A stretch of 63,916 nucleotides of DNA, filler included, from Welwitschia mirabilis (taxonomy: Eukaryota): the NCBI GenBank assembly GCA_051453625.1. It is 5 parts of one record of this genome, joined end to end, with 100 filler letters (N's around TTAATTAATTAA, not from the genome) between each part and the next. Parts side by side here need not be neighbours in the genome. Positions count along the whole stretch, not along the records: positions 53,163 to 62,601 come from JBOZIK010000001.1; positions 62,702 to 63,916 come from JBOZIK010000001.1; 3 more parts are not named here. The stretch is one strand, 5' to 3'. The notes beneath the pieces were generated by a model. It saw nothing but the letters and a program-made list of their open reading frames with translations. It was not told where the DNA came from and did no database searches. The position numbers and the translations under genes are program-made. Positions 53,546 to 63,916 of this stretch are shown here, one piece after another. Position 1 is the stretch's first letter, and the number at the start of each line of letters is the position of its first letter.

Positions 53546-56339
53546 AATAGCATAAAAATTGATTACCATTTAATTATCATTTCTAGTGGAATAATATGAT
53601 GGAGAGTACAAATGTGGAACTTATCTTTATTTTCTTACACAAATACATGTCTTAAGTTATACCTTTATCAAATGAAAAATCTTGATATGCCAACCCAACA
53701 AGATTATGCTATCTTCAAGGTCTAGTTTATGAGGATTCTATGAAGCTAGGTTTGCTTATCAAGGTTCTTATCATACTTCTAAAACTCTCATGCATTCCTT
53801 ACACTTTTTTAAGGGCTCCATTTAACATTGGTTAAATGACATGAATAGTTTACATAACTTTTCCCAAGGATTTTGTTCCTTAGATGGTTATTAAATATAA
53901 ATAATTAAAGAAACTATTCATTAATAATTTGGTAATTTTATAAAACATAAATTTTTTGATGGCATCTTACTCAAGTAATTTTTTGGAATTTTAACACAAG
54001 GCATAACAAACAATTTTATAAAAGTTTAAAAAGGAGATCAAAAGTTACATCTTTAAGATATGAGACTAGTCATATTTCTAATAAATAATATAAGGTAAAG
54101 GAAACTAAAACCATTTGAATCTATCATAATCCTATCTGTGACTCTTTTAAAAGTTGAAATCACAACAAAACAAATTTGAATAATATCTCACAATAACCCA
54201 ACATTCTAGTTTATCCATTAAACTGAAGACCTTAAATTTAGAATTTTAATTTGAATGCACACCTATAATTTTAAATTTATAGAAATCATTAAATTACATA
54301 TTAGATAAATTCTTAATTTTATTTTTGAGTTTTACAAAAAAGAAAAACTTTTTATGTAGCATATGAAATGTTTGTATGAGTAGAAAAGTAATGAAAGATA
54401 AGAAACCAAGGGGATATAAGTAAATAAAAAAGTTACTCTTTATTGAGATCCCTATTTATAGCCTAAAAAATATGAACCAAATTCTTTTAATTTATTTGAA
54501 TTTTTAAAATATGTGCTTTTTCTTTCATTAACTAAGAGGAATAACTTATTATGTTATGTTAGTATACTTATCATTTTAATACTTTCTAAGATGGAAAGAT
54601 AATGTGATAGAGGTAGCCATAATAAAATCAAACTTTTCTTAAGGATTTGAAAATATCATATCAAAGCATGAATACATCTTTAAAACTAGAAATATTTTAA
54701 GATATTCCACTAAATGCTTATTTGAAAATTTAATTAAGGTATATTTGAAAATTATAAAATATAATAGCCTTGATCTTCTTAATCTAACCTTATAATTCAT
54801 CATTATTCTTCTAAAGATTTACCAATATATATCCCATAAATAAGATAGCTAGGCAAAAATCCAAGGGATCATGTATCAATTCTATCGAAGTTTTCGAAAT
54901 TAGTGATTCTTTCATCTTTAACAAAATCATCTAAGTGAGAATTTCCTTTATTTTCGAAAAATGAATAAATTCTAAGAATTTAATTAAATTAAATATTTTT
55001 TGAGGTTTAAAAGGATTGTACTATATGATTATAACTATCATTCATAGAGTCAACTCAACGTAACATTTTTTTTAACTTTATTTCTTATTACTACACTTAT
55101 TTTTAAGGTGCTATTGAAGAACAAGAATTATAAATTCATGTATTAAAATAATCAAAGTAGCATTGATCTAGAAATAAATCAATTAGCCTATGAATCTAGA
55201 AAATACATAGCACAAGTGAAGCTGTCCTTCTTATCACTTGAGTTAACTCATAATTATCCATTAGTTAAAAGTATAGAAACATTATCCCTTTGGTAATGAG
55301 TTTCTTCTATAAATAAATCATCATATTTCATACTGTTATAGAAGACTATCCTTCTAAATGTGAGAAAAAGAAAGTGGATTAGCATATTAGTAGTATATAG
55401 ATTCAATTTGATGTGTCTTAAAGATGGACGTTGGGGGGTGTCTATGTTAGATGTTATCAATCAAATGTGATATATTATTATCTATCCTAATAATTTAGAA
55501 ATGGTCACAAGAATTAAATACCTAAGGATAAGATGTTTGAAGAATTTATTAAGAAAATTAAATGAAAATNNNNNNNNNNNNNNNNNNNNNNNNNNNNNNN
55601 NNNNNNNNNNNNNNNNNNNNNNNNNNNNNNNNNNNNNNNNNNNNNNNNNNNNNNNNNNNNNNNNNNNNNNNNNNNNNNNNNNNNNNNNNNNNNNNNNNNN
55701 NNNNNNNNNNNNNNNNNNNNNNNNNNNNNNNNNNNNNNNNNNNNNNNNNNNNNNNNNNNNNNNNNNNNNNNNNNNNNNNNNNNNNNNNNNNNNNNNNNNN
55801 NNNNNNNNNNNNNNNNNNNNNNNNNNNNNNNNNNNNNNNNNNNNNNNNNNNNNNNNNNNNNNNNNNNNNNNNNNNNNNNNNNNNNNNNNNNNNNNNNNNN
55901 NNNNNNNNNNNNNNNNNNNNNNNNNNNNNNNNNNNNNNNNNNNNNNNNNNNNNNNNNNNNNNNNNNNNNNNNNNNNNNNNNNNNNNNNNNNNNNNNNNNN
56001 NNNNNNNNNNNNNNNNNNNNNNNNNNNNNNNNNNNNNNNNNNNNNNNNNNNNNNNNNNNNNNNNNNNNNNNNNNNNNNNNNNNNNNNNNNNNNNNNNNNN
56101 NNNNNNNNNNNNNNNNNNNNNNNNNNNNNNNNNNNNNNNNNNNNNNNNNNNNNNNNNNNNNNNNNAAACATTAAATGCTCATGAAAACTCATGAAATTCC
56201 TTAAATAGAATATGTTCTTTGGTAAAAACTATTTCAACTTGACAAAATACTAGTACTAGAATTCTAATAAATCCCAAATGAAAGACTTTGTAAAAGAATG
56301 TTTCCTTTGTTAATAGATTAAGGTTGAAGAAAGGAGATC

Positions 56340-58731
56340 ACTAGGATTACTACAACATTTAATAGTATCATCCTTAAAATGGAAAGATATTAAAACGGAT
56401 TTCATTACTTTAATCTCTAACATCAACAAGCAATATGATGTTATTTTCATATGAGTCAGTTGGCTTATTAAAATGATTTCTTTATTTCGAGAAAGAAAAA
56501 TCCACCATGAATTACATGACTAAAAGATTTATGCAAAATACTTTTCAGCTTCATGTGGTATTAAAGATATTCATTTGGAGTATAGAATCAAAGTTTATAT
56601 TTTTATGTTCTAATAAGCTTGCATTAAGGCTTTAGAAATGTATCCGAAGTTCAATACTGGATTTCATTCTAATGTAGATGGAAAAATTGAAAGCATCAAC
56701 AAAATTATAAAAATATCTTAATAATTTATATTATTGAAGATCTCAAAAATAATTAGAAGAGCACATTTGTTAGATAGAGTTTTTTCATAACTAGACATTA
56801 TATTCCTTTATCCAATGTTTTCATTTGGAGGTTATGTATGAAAAAAATTATCCCACTTAATCTCTTAGATCACTTTCACCTAAGAGAAAAAGGAAAAAAA
56901 TAAGATATTAAGATAATAACTAAGAAAATTTAAATCCCTCTTTAGGTAATCTAAAACTAATATACACAATTTCTTCTAACAATCTCATTTAGGTAAGAGA
57001 TAAAGTGCTATTAAGAGTTAAGCTTGAAAGCACCTTCCTATAACTTGGAATATATAATAAATTAAATCCCAATTGGATCTTTTCCTGTTTCTTAAAGGGT
57101 GGTGAACACCTATGCAAGTTTAACTTTCCATAGGATGAAAATAGATTTATCCTATGTCTTATGTGAGTCGTTTGAAGCCTTAATAGGAGGCAAAGCATGA
57201 TTAGTATATGTTTTATTAAAAGATGCTATGTAACACCCTAATCTCTACATTATTCTCTATGTTGGGATGTGTGACAACAAAGAAATCCAGGTAAGCAATT
57301 AATGTCTATCCTTGGTTCCCAACCAATATATTATTCTTTATGTTGGGATGTGCAAAATAAAGGTAGCATCATAACTATTATAATCATTCTAATCATCTGT
57401 TTTAGTACTAATGACCTCTGATATATTCTAGGGGGAAAATGCGATCTTTAATCTATTGTTGAAGAATCAATATGGAATCAAGGGTGCCTTCTTGACACTG
57501 GCATGTACCATGCATCCTTAGCAATGGCTTAGAGTTTTTTGCAATGTTTAATCATGTCATGTAAATTGATCTACTGGAATGTTTAATCAATATAATCTAA
57601 CTTAGTTAAATAAAACAAAAAAAAAAAATTCAGTTACCTCTTAAGTTCAATTCAAAAACTAGATCGTAACATGCTACTAGTTAGATATTATCATAATTTA
57701 AATATTAAATCAATTAAAATAGCAAAGACATAAGGGAAAAGGTGTTAAAGTAAACCTATCAAAGAAGTAGTAAAAAGATGTTTCCATTGCAACTTACATA
57801 GTTATTAAAATGAAGAATATGTGTTAAGGACTTACATTCAATTTCTTAAGCATAAGAATAATAATATCATGCATAATATTTAAGATTAACAATTTTAATA
57901 ATAACTTAGTATTTTCTGTAGATGAATCCAACGAAAATGAGCACCTTGAAGGAGTTGAGATAATACTAATAGAAACTATGAGGAAGCCAACATTTAAGGA
58001 TGATCATAAATCTTAAGGAGGGGATTTTCTTACATTCTATCCATCTATTTTAATAGAATTTATCATAGTTCAAAGTGAAAGAATTGAAAAGTATAATTTT
58101 GTCAAAAGTCACAATTGTAACTAAATCAATATTAAAAAAATGACTTAAGCCTATATTGAGTCCAAATATAATGCATTAGTTAGTAGGACATTAGTTTTAG
58201 TTTATTATTTAGTCATATATTTGTGATCATTGATCTTAAGAGGAAAGGACGTGATCCTTCTATTTATTCATTATAATTTAACCATTTCACTGCCTCAAGA
58301 AGAATGTTAGAGTTATGGCAAAGGACATGCATTTTCTAGTTATAGCCATTGACAAAATTGTACTGATCATCTAGTGATTTTAGAAAAAAGGCCTTGAGAT
58401 CTACTTGGCTAGATCATCAAGCTCATGCCTTTCATCATTGGGTGCAAAATAACTAGAAGGTCTTATTTATAAAAGAGATGAGTTATTCTTATTAAATGTA
58501 ATGTATTTGCTATTCTATTATAATTTATTGGAAAACCATGTTGTGAATATGCTCGTTTAAAATTTTTTAATATTTGTAATTCTTAAATGGTTTTTAATCA
58601 AGAGATTAATCCCAATTTCAATAATTAGATTATCACAATGACTAATTAATTGAAAAATGACTTACAATTTCATCCTTTGGTTACAATGTCATAATAATAA
58701 TAATGCTAGTATGTCATCAAAAGTTGTTACA
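56340..58731 (+). mobile_element. Degenerate non-Athila Ty3/gypsy integrase (~56340-56850) with possible PPT (~58015-58024) and 3' LTR remnant (~58028-58731)
   Basis: Plus-strand LKWKDIKTDFIT and KFNTGFHSNVDGKIESINKII (cf. FSTAYHPQTDGQTERVN); AAGGAGGGGA tract; GTTGTTACA end. The LTR part is tentative. Confidence 0.6.
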
Positions 58732-59149
58732 TATGTTGTAAAGTATTATCAATCTCATCTTAATGGCTTGCATTAGTTATTAGCAATTAAGGATGTTTCT
58801 TAATTCATAATGATATCATCACTTATCAATGCATGCTTAGGTATCTTGGTTATAGTACTAGAATCTTTATGGGTCTTAAACTACCTATCCCATGAGAATA
58901 TTCCATATTCTAATAAAAAATTCCCTATAACTAATAAATTTGATTTAATAATAAAAATGTGCTTTCACAAGCTAATTCTATCTCTGGACACCTCAAGCCT
59001 CTGAGCTGTAAAGATTTAAGTAATCTTTAATTTGCTAAAAATAAAAATACTCTAGTACTCTATGTAATATGAACCTTGTTATGTCTCACCTTAGCTTCGG
59101 AGATGTACATAATAAAAACTTTTGAGAAAGTGAGATGAGAAACGAGCAA

Positions 59150-59384
59150 TCAACTTTGTGCTCTGTTTTCTTCTTCATCCGTGTCACCACTGTAGCTGCT
59201 TTGTCTTCTTCCGTGTTCACTTTTTGGAATTTGAACTCTGACGTGGCCGTCCTCGCTGCATTCTTCCTGAATGTACCCATTGACGTCGCTCTGAGCACTT
59301 TGATTCGGCTGCTTCCTCGCCTCTTTGGATTTACCCCAGACCACCAAGTACACTCCCACGACGATCAACACAGACCCTAAAATG
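59150..59384 (-). CDS. UMAMIT exon 7 (235 nt incl. stop, SILGSVLIVVGVYLVVWGKSKE...RAQS*)
   Basis: Acceptor GTGCAG|; stop codon shared with ORF 59150..59371. Confidence 0.92.
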
Positions 59385-60923
59385 CTGCACCCAATTTTGT
59401 GTTGTAGTTAAAACATTAAGGTCCCCATGCGTCAACGTTCCTCTCCGTCTCCACTTTGTCCAGGGAACAAAGAACTCGGACGGAACTCACATGGCAGAAA
59501 TGCGTACCTTCCCAAGTGAAGCTTATCGTCAAGAAAGACAGAATCCAAGAGAGCAACGAGAATAAGCTGCACTGGAGTGAACATGGTCACCACCAGCGGT
59601 CCTTTCTTCCTTATGCACCACGACATCAACGTGAAGGAAAGCCCCGTTGCTACCATTCCCTGAATCATTATCAAACCAACCTCAGTCTCCTTTCACATCC
59701 ATAAAAACGTCGGCTGTAGCGAAATCAGGGAACGTTGGTATGCTCTACAGAATTTACCGAATAAATGGAAGCCAGCAGCTTAGAGTCCCAGACGAGAACC
59801 CAAAAGGCGGACTGAATCGTTACAAAGAAGCACAGGATTGCCGTGCTGGTGTATTGAGCGGGGTATTTGTTTCCGATCTTTGTCTGCCGCACAAACACCA
59901 CGTTTACACTCGTAAGTTCGAAATGCAACGCTCAAATATGTCCTTTAGAAATAGGAGAAAGCAGAGGCACATCGCCAACCAACCTGTATAATGCAATAGA
60001 ATGAGAAACCTAAGCAGCTAGCAAAGCCAAAGAGCGCACCCTTCAAAGGATCTCGTGATGAATACGAAGAAGCGGTGACGTCAAGATGGAACAGAGGCTT
60101 CCAGAAATTCAGAGCTCTGCCTTTGTAAAATGTTATAACCATACCTCCTCCGATAGTCACCGCCGTTCCAGTCAATTTCGCCTTCCCTGCTGCGCTTCGT
60201 ACGTCCACTCTCTCAAGTCTGAAAGAACTCTAAATTAACATAAAACAAAACTATTTATTTATTTCTCAAAAATCAAAATTTAGTGTGATAATGTCGTAAT
60301 TACCGCAGAGGAAGTGCTATGATGCAGGTGACTGCAGGGGTCGACATGACTAGCGCAACGAGGAATGCAGGCGCAACATGCTCCATCCCCGCATAGTACA
60401 GAAACTGCGTCAATGTGCACCTGCACTTCCGCGTGCGTTTCACCCGACACACTTTGTTTATTGTTTTACTAATGGAAAGCCGGTATATATTTACTTCTTT
60501 AATTTATCTGTTAATCATGTTAACGAGTTTTACCCACCCGATCAACCCATTCACAAAGAGCTGAAGCAAGACTCTGACGCCCAGGCTTGGCCTGTTCTTC
60601 CTGCCAAAATGGAACTTGTCATAAGTGTTACGTCACATATTGCAATTATTGTTACTGTTATTTCTGTAACGGAATTATATTGAAAGCAAGTACCACCTCT
60701 CAAGAAAGAGAGCAAAAGGGGCGAGAGTAAGGGTGGCAACGGCATGGCGGTACACAACCAGAACATAAAATGACATTCCGTGAGAGAGAGCGACTTTGGA
60801 GATAATGTTCATTCCAGCAAACCCCGCCTGCACTATTACCATTCCCAGCACTGGCTTTGTCTTGCTGTACAAGGACTCCTCCCCATTTAAGTTGGACGCT
60901 TCCTCAGTTTCCCTTTCTGCCAT
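59150..60923 (-). CDS. UMAMIT: WAT1-related / UMAMIT family transporter (nodulin MtN21, two EamA domains), 7 exons: 60923-60697, 60600-60538, 60420-60304, 60218-59984, 59883-59758, 59659-59508, 59384-59150; 1155 nt = 384 aa + stop
   Basis: Manual splicing at GT..AG sites gives one continuous frame. It contains family motifs: KPVLGMVIVQAGFAGMNIISKVALSHGMSFYVLVVYRHAVATLTLAPFALFLER, RLERVDVRSAAGKAKLTGT, ITFYKG, KYPAQYTST, WCIRKKGPL, LHLGSILGSVLIVVGVYLVVWGKSKE. Exon sizes of 63, 117 and 152 nt are typical of the family. The symbol is family level only; the ortholog is not assignable. Confidence 0.95.
59508..59659 (-). CDS. UMAMIT exon 6 (152 nt, GMVATGLSF...DKLHLG)
   Basis: Acceptor GATTCAG|, donor AG|GTACGC; overlaps ORF 59432..59674. 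Confidence 0.92.
59758..59883 (-). CDS. UMAMIT exon 5 (126 nt, TKIGNKYPAQYTSTAILCFFVTIQSAFWVLVWDSKLLASIYS)
   Basis: Acceptor GCGGCAG|, donor TCG|GTAAAT; overlaps ORF 59725..59928. Confidence 0.88.
59984..60218 (-). CDS. UMAMIT exon 4 (235 nt, LERVDVRS...SFYCIIQ)
   Basis: Acceptor TTCTTTCAG|, donor CAG|GTTGGT; overlaps ORF 59945..60208. Confidence 0.92.
60304..60420 (-). CDS. UMAMIT exon 3 (117 nt, CTLTQFLYYAGMEHVAPAFLVALVMSTPAVTCIIALPLR)
   Basis: Acceptor GTGCAG|, donor |GTAATT, frame preserved. Confidence 0.9.
60538..60600 (-). CDS. UMAMIT exon 2 (63 nt, KNRPSLGVRVLLQLFVNGLIG)
   Basis: Acceptor TTTTGGCAG|, donor |GTGGGT, phase 2-2. Confidence 0.9.
60697..60923 (-). CDS. UMAMIT exon 1 (227 nt, MAERETEE...FALFLER)
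   Basis: ATG at 60923; donor AG|GTGGTA at 60696. An alternative in-phase donor lies 3 nt downstream. Confidence 0.88.
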
Positions 60924-60983
60924 CCTTCCTCGCTTGCCAGGTAAAAACTCAGACGCACAGAAATATTAACATAGAACGATACA

Positions 60984-61002
60984 TCTCTCTCACACACACA
61001 CA
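60984..61002. repeat. Short compound (TC)n(AC)n microsatellite near the putative transcription start
   Basis: tctctctcacacacacaca read directly. Confidence 0.75.
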
Positions 61003-61008
61003 GAGGCG

Positions 61009-61014
61009 TTTATA
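61009..61014 (-). promoter_or_regulatory. Putative TATA box of the UMAMIT gene
   Basis: TATAAA on the minus strand about 86 nt upstream of the ATG, preceded by a pyrimidine-rich tract. Confidence 0.55.
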
Positions 61015-62601
61015 AAAGAAAAAGAGAAAAAGAAAAGGTAAGAATGTGAATAGGAGGGAGGGAAGAGTGAATTAGAACCCACAAAGCTGCAAAAGTGATC
61101 CTATGGGGCAACATTGTTACTAACGCTCTATTTTCTTTAGTTTAGTTTCTTGAGAGGCATGGAATTCGCTTGTGTGCTTGTCTATGCAACAGAAGTTGTG
61201 TGGAGAGCTGAGTGGACTACCTTTTGCACTAGTAAACTGTTTTGAAGGAAACAAGAATAGTGCGATGGAGCATCTCTCTTATTCTAATGGCATCTGCGTC
61301 TAATCAACTGCTTTTTCTAGTGCAGGTTACGTGGACGGTGTTTGATGTTTACATGCCATGGCTTCTTCCAGATTCTATAAAACGAGTGTTAGTGCTCTCT
61401 CCAATCTCCATCGTCTTCTTTACGCCGCTTTCGAGGCCATGCGTTTTGTCTGTGGTCATTCCGCTCGGCCGTACGCCATCAGAAGTCATTCGTTAAATCA
61501 CTTCATCTTTACAGGTTTCTCTTAACTTTTTCACCGGTTGCTGATTGTGCGACAGTGTTAGCTTGGCCTACACTCTTCACACAGCATAGCACGCTATCAA
61601 ATATGCTATTAGTTTCCTCCATAGGAGACAGCGAATCTTTCCGAATAAGGGAAATTGCAACGATTTAACAGCCTCTCCATAAACCCAAAAAAAAAAAAAA
61701 AAAAAGTCAAATCCAGACACTCACTTGGATTTCTCTTGAGATATTTGACATTTATATATGACGACAGTATGACAGAGACGATTAAGGTTAATTACCTATT
61801 AAAATCAATGAGGAATAGTAAAACGAAAAGGTTTGTAAAAAGATAGGTAGTAAACGTGGTAGGAGAAGGATTTTTTAAACCGTTATTGCCTGAATCTGTC
61901 CATGTCCTCATTTTAAGTGAATATTTTCTCTGAGACGTGATTAACTGGGTGTGTTAGCAGAGTTTCCATCACAGCTGGGCATCATTATGGGATTTACCTC
62001 ATGATTAAAAGTAGATAGGTTCGCGAGATTTCTTTAACATTCAAGTAAGGAGGATAGACTTCTCTGAGAAATTAAGAGAACTGTATGTTGTCCTTCCAGA
62101 GGATTCTCACAGGGACTTTTTTGAAAATACAAATTTCTTTGATTCAAATTTAAACAAAGATATGACGACTGCACTGTTCGAGAGCACTCATTAGGGATAA
62201 GGTAGGAATCCATCCTCTTCCGCCGCTCCAGTTACCAGTCTGAGCATTCATCATAAGCAGGTAATTCATGCCCATCGATATACAGGTGGTTCTGGGATTC
62301 CTCCACTTCCTTTTTTGAAAGAACCTTTTTTCAACTTTCAATCCTGTTAAGGCTTGTTAAGTTAAGATGATACTGCCTGGGCCAGAGTCATAACTGATGT
62401 TGTTTTCAGTTAAGATTGGCATTGTCAATTATTATTTTGTTTGAGGTTTATTTTTATTTAGCCAATAATTTCCGAAAAATGGAACCTAACACAATAGATG
62501 CCAGCTATTATAATTATCTAAGCGCTTGATCTGTAAAGGAATGTGTGGCTTATTATTCGTGTTTGACCTTCTACCCAACACCTTTAACATTATGGTATTA
62601 G

Positions 62602-62701
62602 NNNNNNNNNNNNNNNNNNNNNNNNNNNNNNNNNNNNNNNNNNNNTTAATTAATTAANNNNNNNNNNNNNNNNNNNNNNNNNNNNNNNNNNNNNNNNNNN
62701 N
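62602..62701. other. Artificial scaffold linker 44N-TTAATTAATTAA-44N
   Basis: 12-mer at 62646-62657. Confidence 0.95.
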
Positions 62702-63916
62702 ACTATCTGTAATCTTCATGCAAACTATTATTGACTAATATTGGAGATGTCGTCCACTAGTGTTGTCTGGACAATAAGGTGGACGATGGAGTCTGACGAG
62801 AAGATGTTCAGTTCAATCTGCAAGTCATCTAGAATTAAATCTACTATATGTCCAATTAGGGTTATTGTCCTGACTATCATCTCGACGACATAGGGGATGA
62901 CAGTCTTCTACTCATCCTTTGTTAGTGTAATATCTGGTTATTTGCAGGAATAATCATCTGAAAATACAATTTATCCATATCTATAAAAAATATTCATGAA
63001 TTATCTGATAAACTGCATGTTTTCGTCTCATGCTCCTAGATTCTTAATTATCATAGGAACTAGGCATTTNNNNNNNNNNNNNNNNNNNNNNNNNNNNNNN
63101 NNNNNNNNNNNNNNNNNNNNNNNNNNNNNNNNNNNNNNNNNNNNNNNNNNNNNNNNNNNNNNNNNNNNNATCTATTAGTTTATCTACAAAAAAACTCAAA
63201 ATACCCTATCAAATACACTTAAGTTGGTAGCCCCCCACTTAGCCTTACTAGTCCCTGACAAAATCAAGTGTTAAATTGTGCTTGCAAGCCAACCTTTCAA
63301 CCAATAAAAACTAGGATAGGTAAAGGAAAGTATTTGACAATAATGTAATAGGAATAAATCTGAATTTGAATTTTTGAAAAATTTAAAAACTAAATAAAAT
63401 ACCTGTTAAGTATCAGATGTATGTTTGTCATCCAGTTTTTCATCTGGATGATAATGGAAAGAACAGACTCCTTAAAAGATTTTCAATTTCTGGAACTTGT
63501 GACAGAAAACAGATTTTGCATTAGTTTAAAAATTCTATAAAAGAGCTCCTCCTATGATAGATAGTTAAGTATAATCATGTAAAGATTAAGGAGGATTTGC
63601 AATAATAATTCATTATGATCGAAAAAATTAGACCAGAAATATACAATATTGAAGATATAAATGCATCCTGCCCCCCAATTAAAGTATGCAATGCGTCCTG
63701 ATTGGCTAAACTAATGAAAATTAACATGACTTGAATGAAAAACTACAAAACTACTAAACTAGGAAAGAAGAAATTGAAAAAATGATCAGAAAATGGTAGA
63801 CATGGAAACAGAAGAAAAGCAGAGGGAAAATAGACACAAGGAATAAGAAGAAGAATGTTTACCTAGTCTAAGTACTAACTTAGCAAACTCCAAAGGAAAA
63901 CATCATAACATTACCT
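62702..63916 (-). mobile_element. Athila-like 3' non-coding region, PPT (63231-63244) and first part of a 3' LTR (62702-63230)
   Basis: Reverse-complement homology to 23563-24620; ccccccacttagcc is the PPT. Confidence 0.88.

Noticed and set aside
20034..56194. Long ORFs (200-360 aa) in the ORF track at 29.2, 30.5, 43.5, 44.9, 50.0, 51.0 and 55.5 kb
   Set aside because: They consist almost entirely of X from N gaps.
57229..57352. TGTAACACCC...GGGATGTGTGACA mini-element and a ~22-bp direct repeat (ttattctYtatgttgggatgtg)
   Set aside because: It is only ~48 bp with no TSD; at most a collapsed LTR remnant, too weak to call.
59086..60766. Plus-strand and alternative-frame ORFs overlapping the UMAMIT gene (e.g. 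59135..59380, 59647..59991, 60378..60683)
   Set aside because: These are shadow ORFs of GC-richer coding sequence with no recognisable domains.
61242..61846. ORFs 61242..61496 and 61655..61846
   Set aside because: Non-ATG starts, no recognisable homology, and one spans a poly-A run; probably upstream intergenic sequence.

Overview
Plant (eukaryotic) draft-assembly window. About 58 kb is a graveyard of nested, heavily decayed LTR retrotransposons: several Sirevirus-like Ty1/copia elements, several Athila-like Ty3/gypsy elements, one other gypsy remnant and a possible LINE remnant. It also holds one intact 7-exon protein-coding gene on the minus strand (59150-60923, 384 aa), a WAT1-related/UMAMIT (EamA/MtN21) transporter. 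Four artificial 100-bp linkers (44N-TTAATTAATTAA-44N) split the window into five joined pieces whose adjacency is not guaranteed. I found no convincing novel multi-gene system. The best leads are: (1) the UMAMIT gene has an apparently shortened exon 5 and replaced family-conserved residues; (2) a solo LTR with a perfect 5-bp TSD sits inside another LTR; (3) two copia elements carry env-like extra ORFs with a shared multi-PPT layout; (4) there is a diverged ~950-bp gag-protease duplication; (5) one apparently full-length Athila element is probably an assembly chimera. TE boundaries were read by eye and are approximate unless termini or TSDs are quoted.
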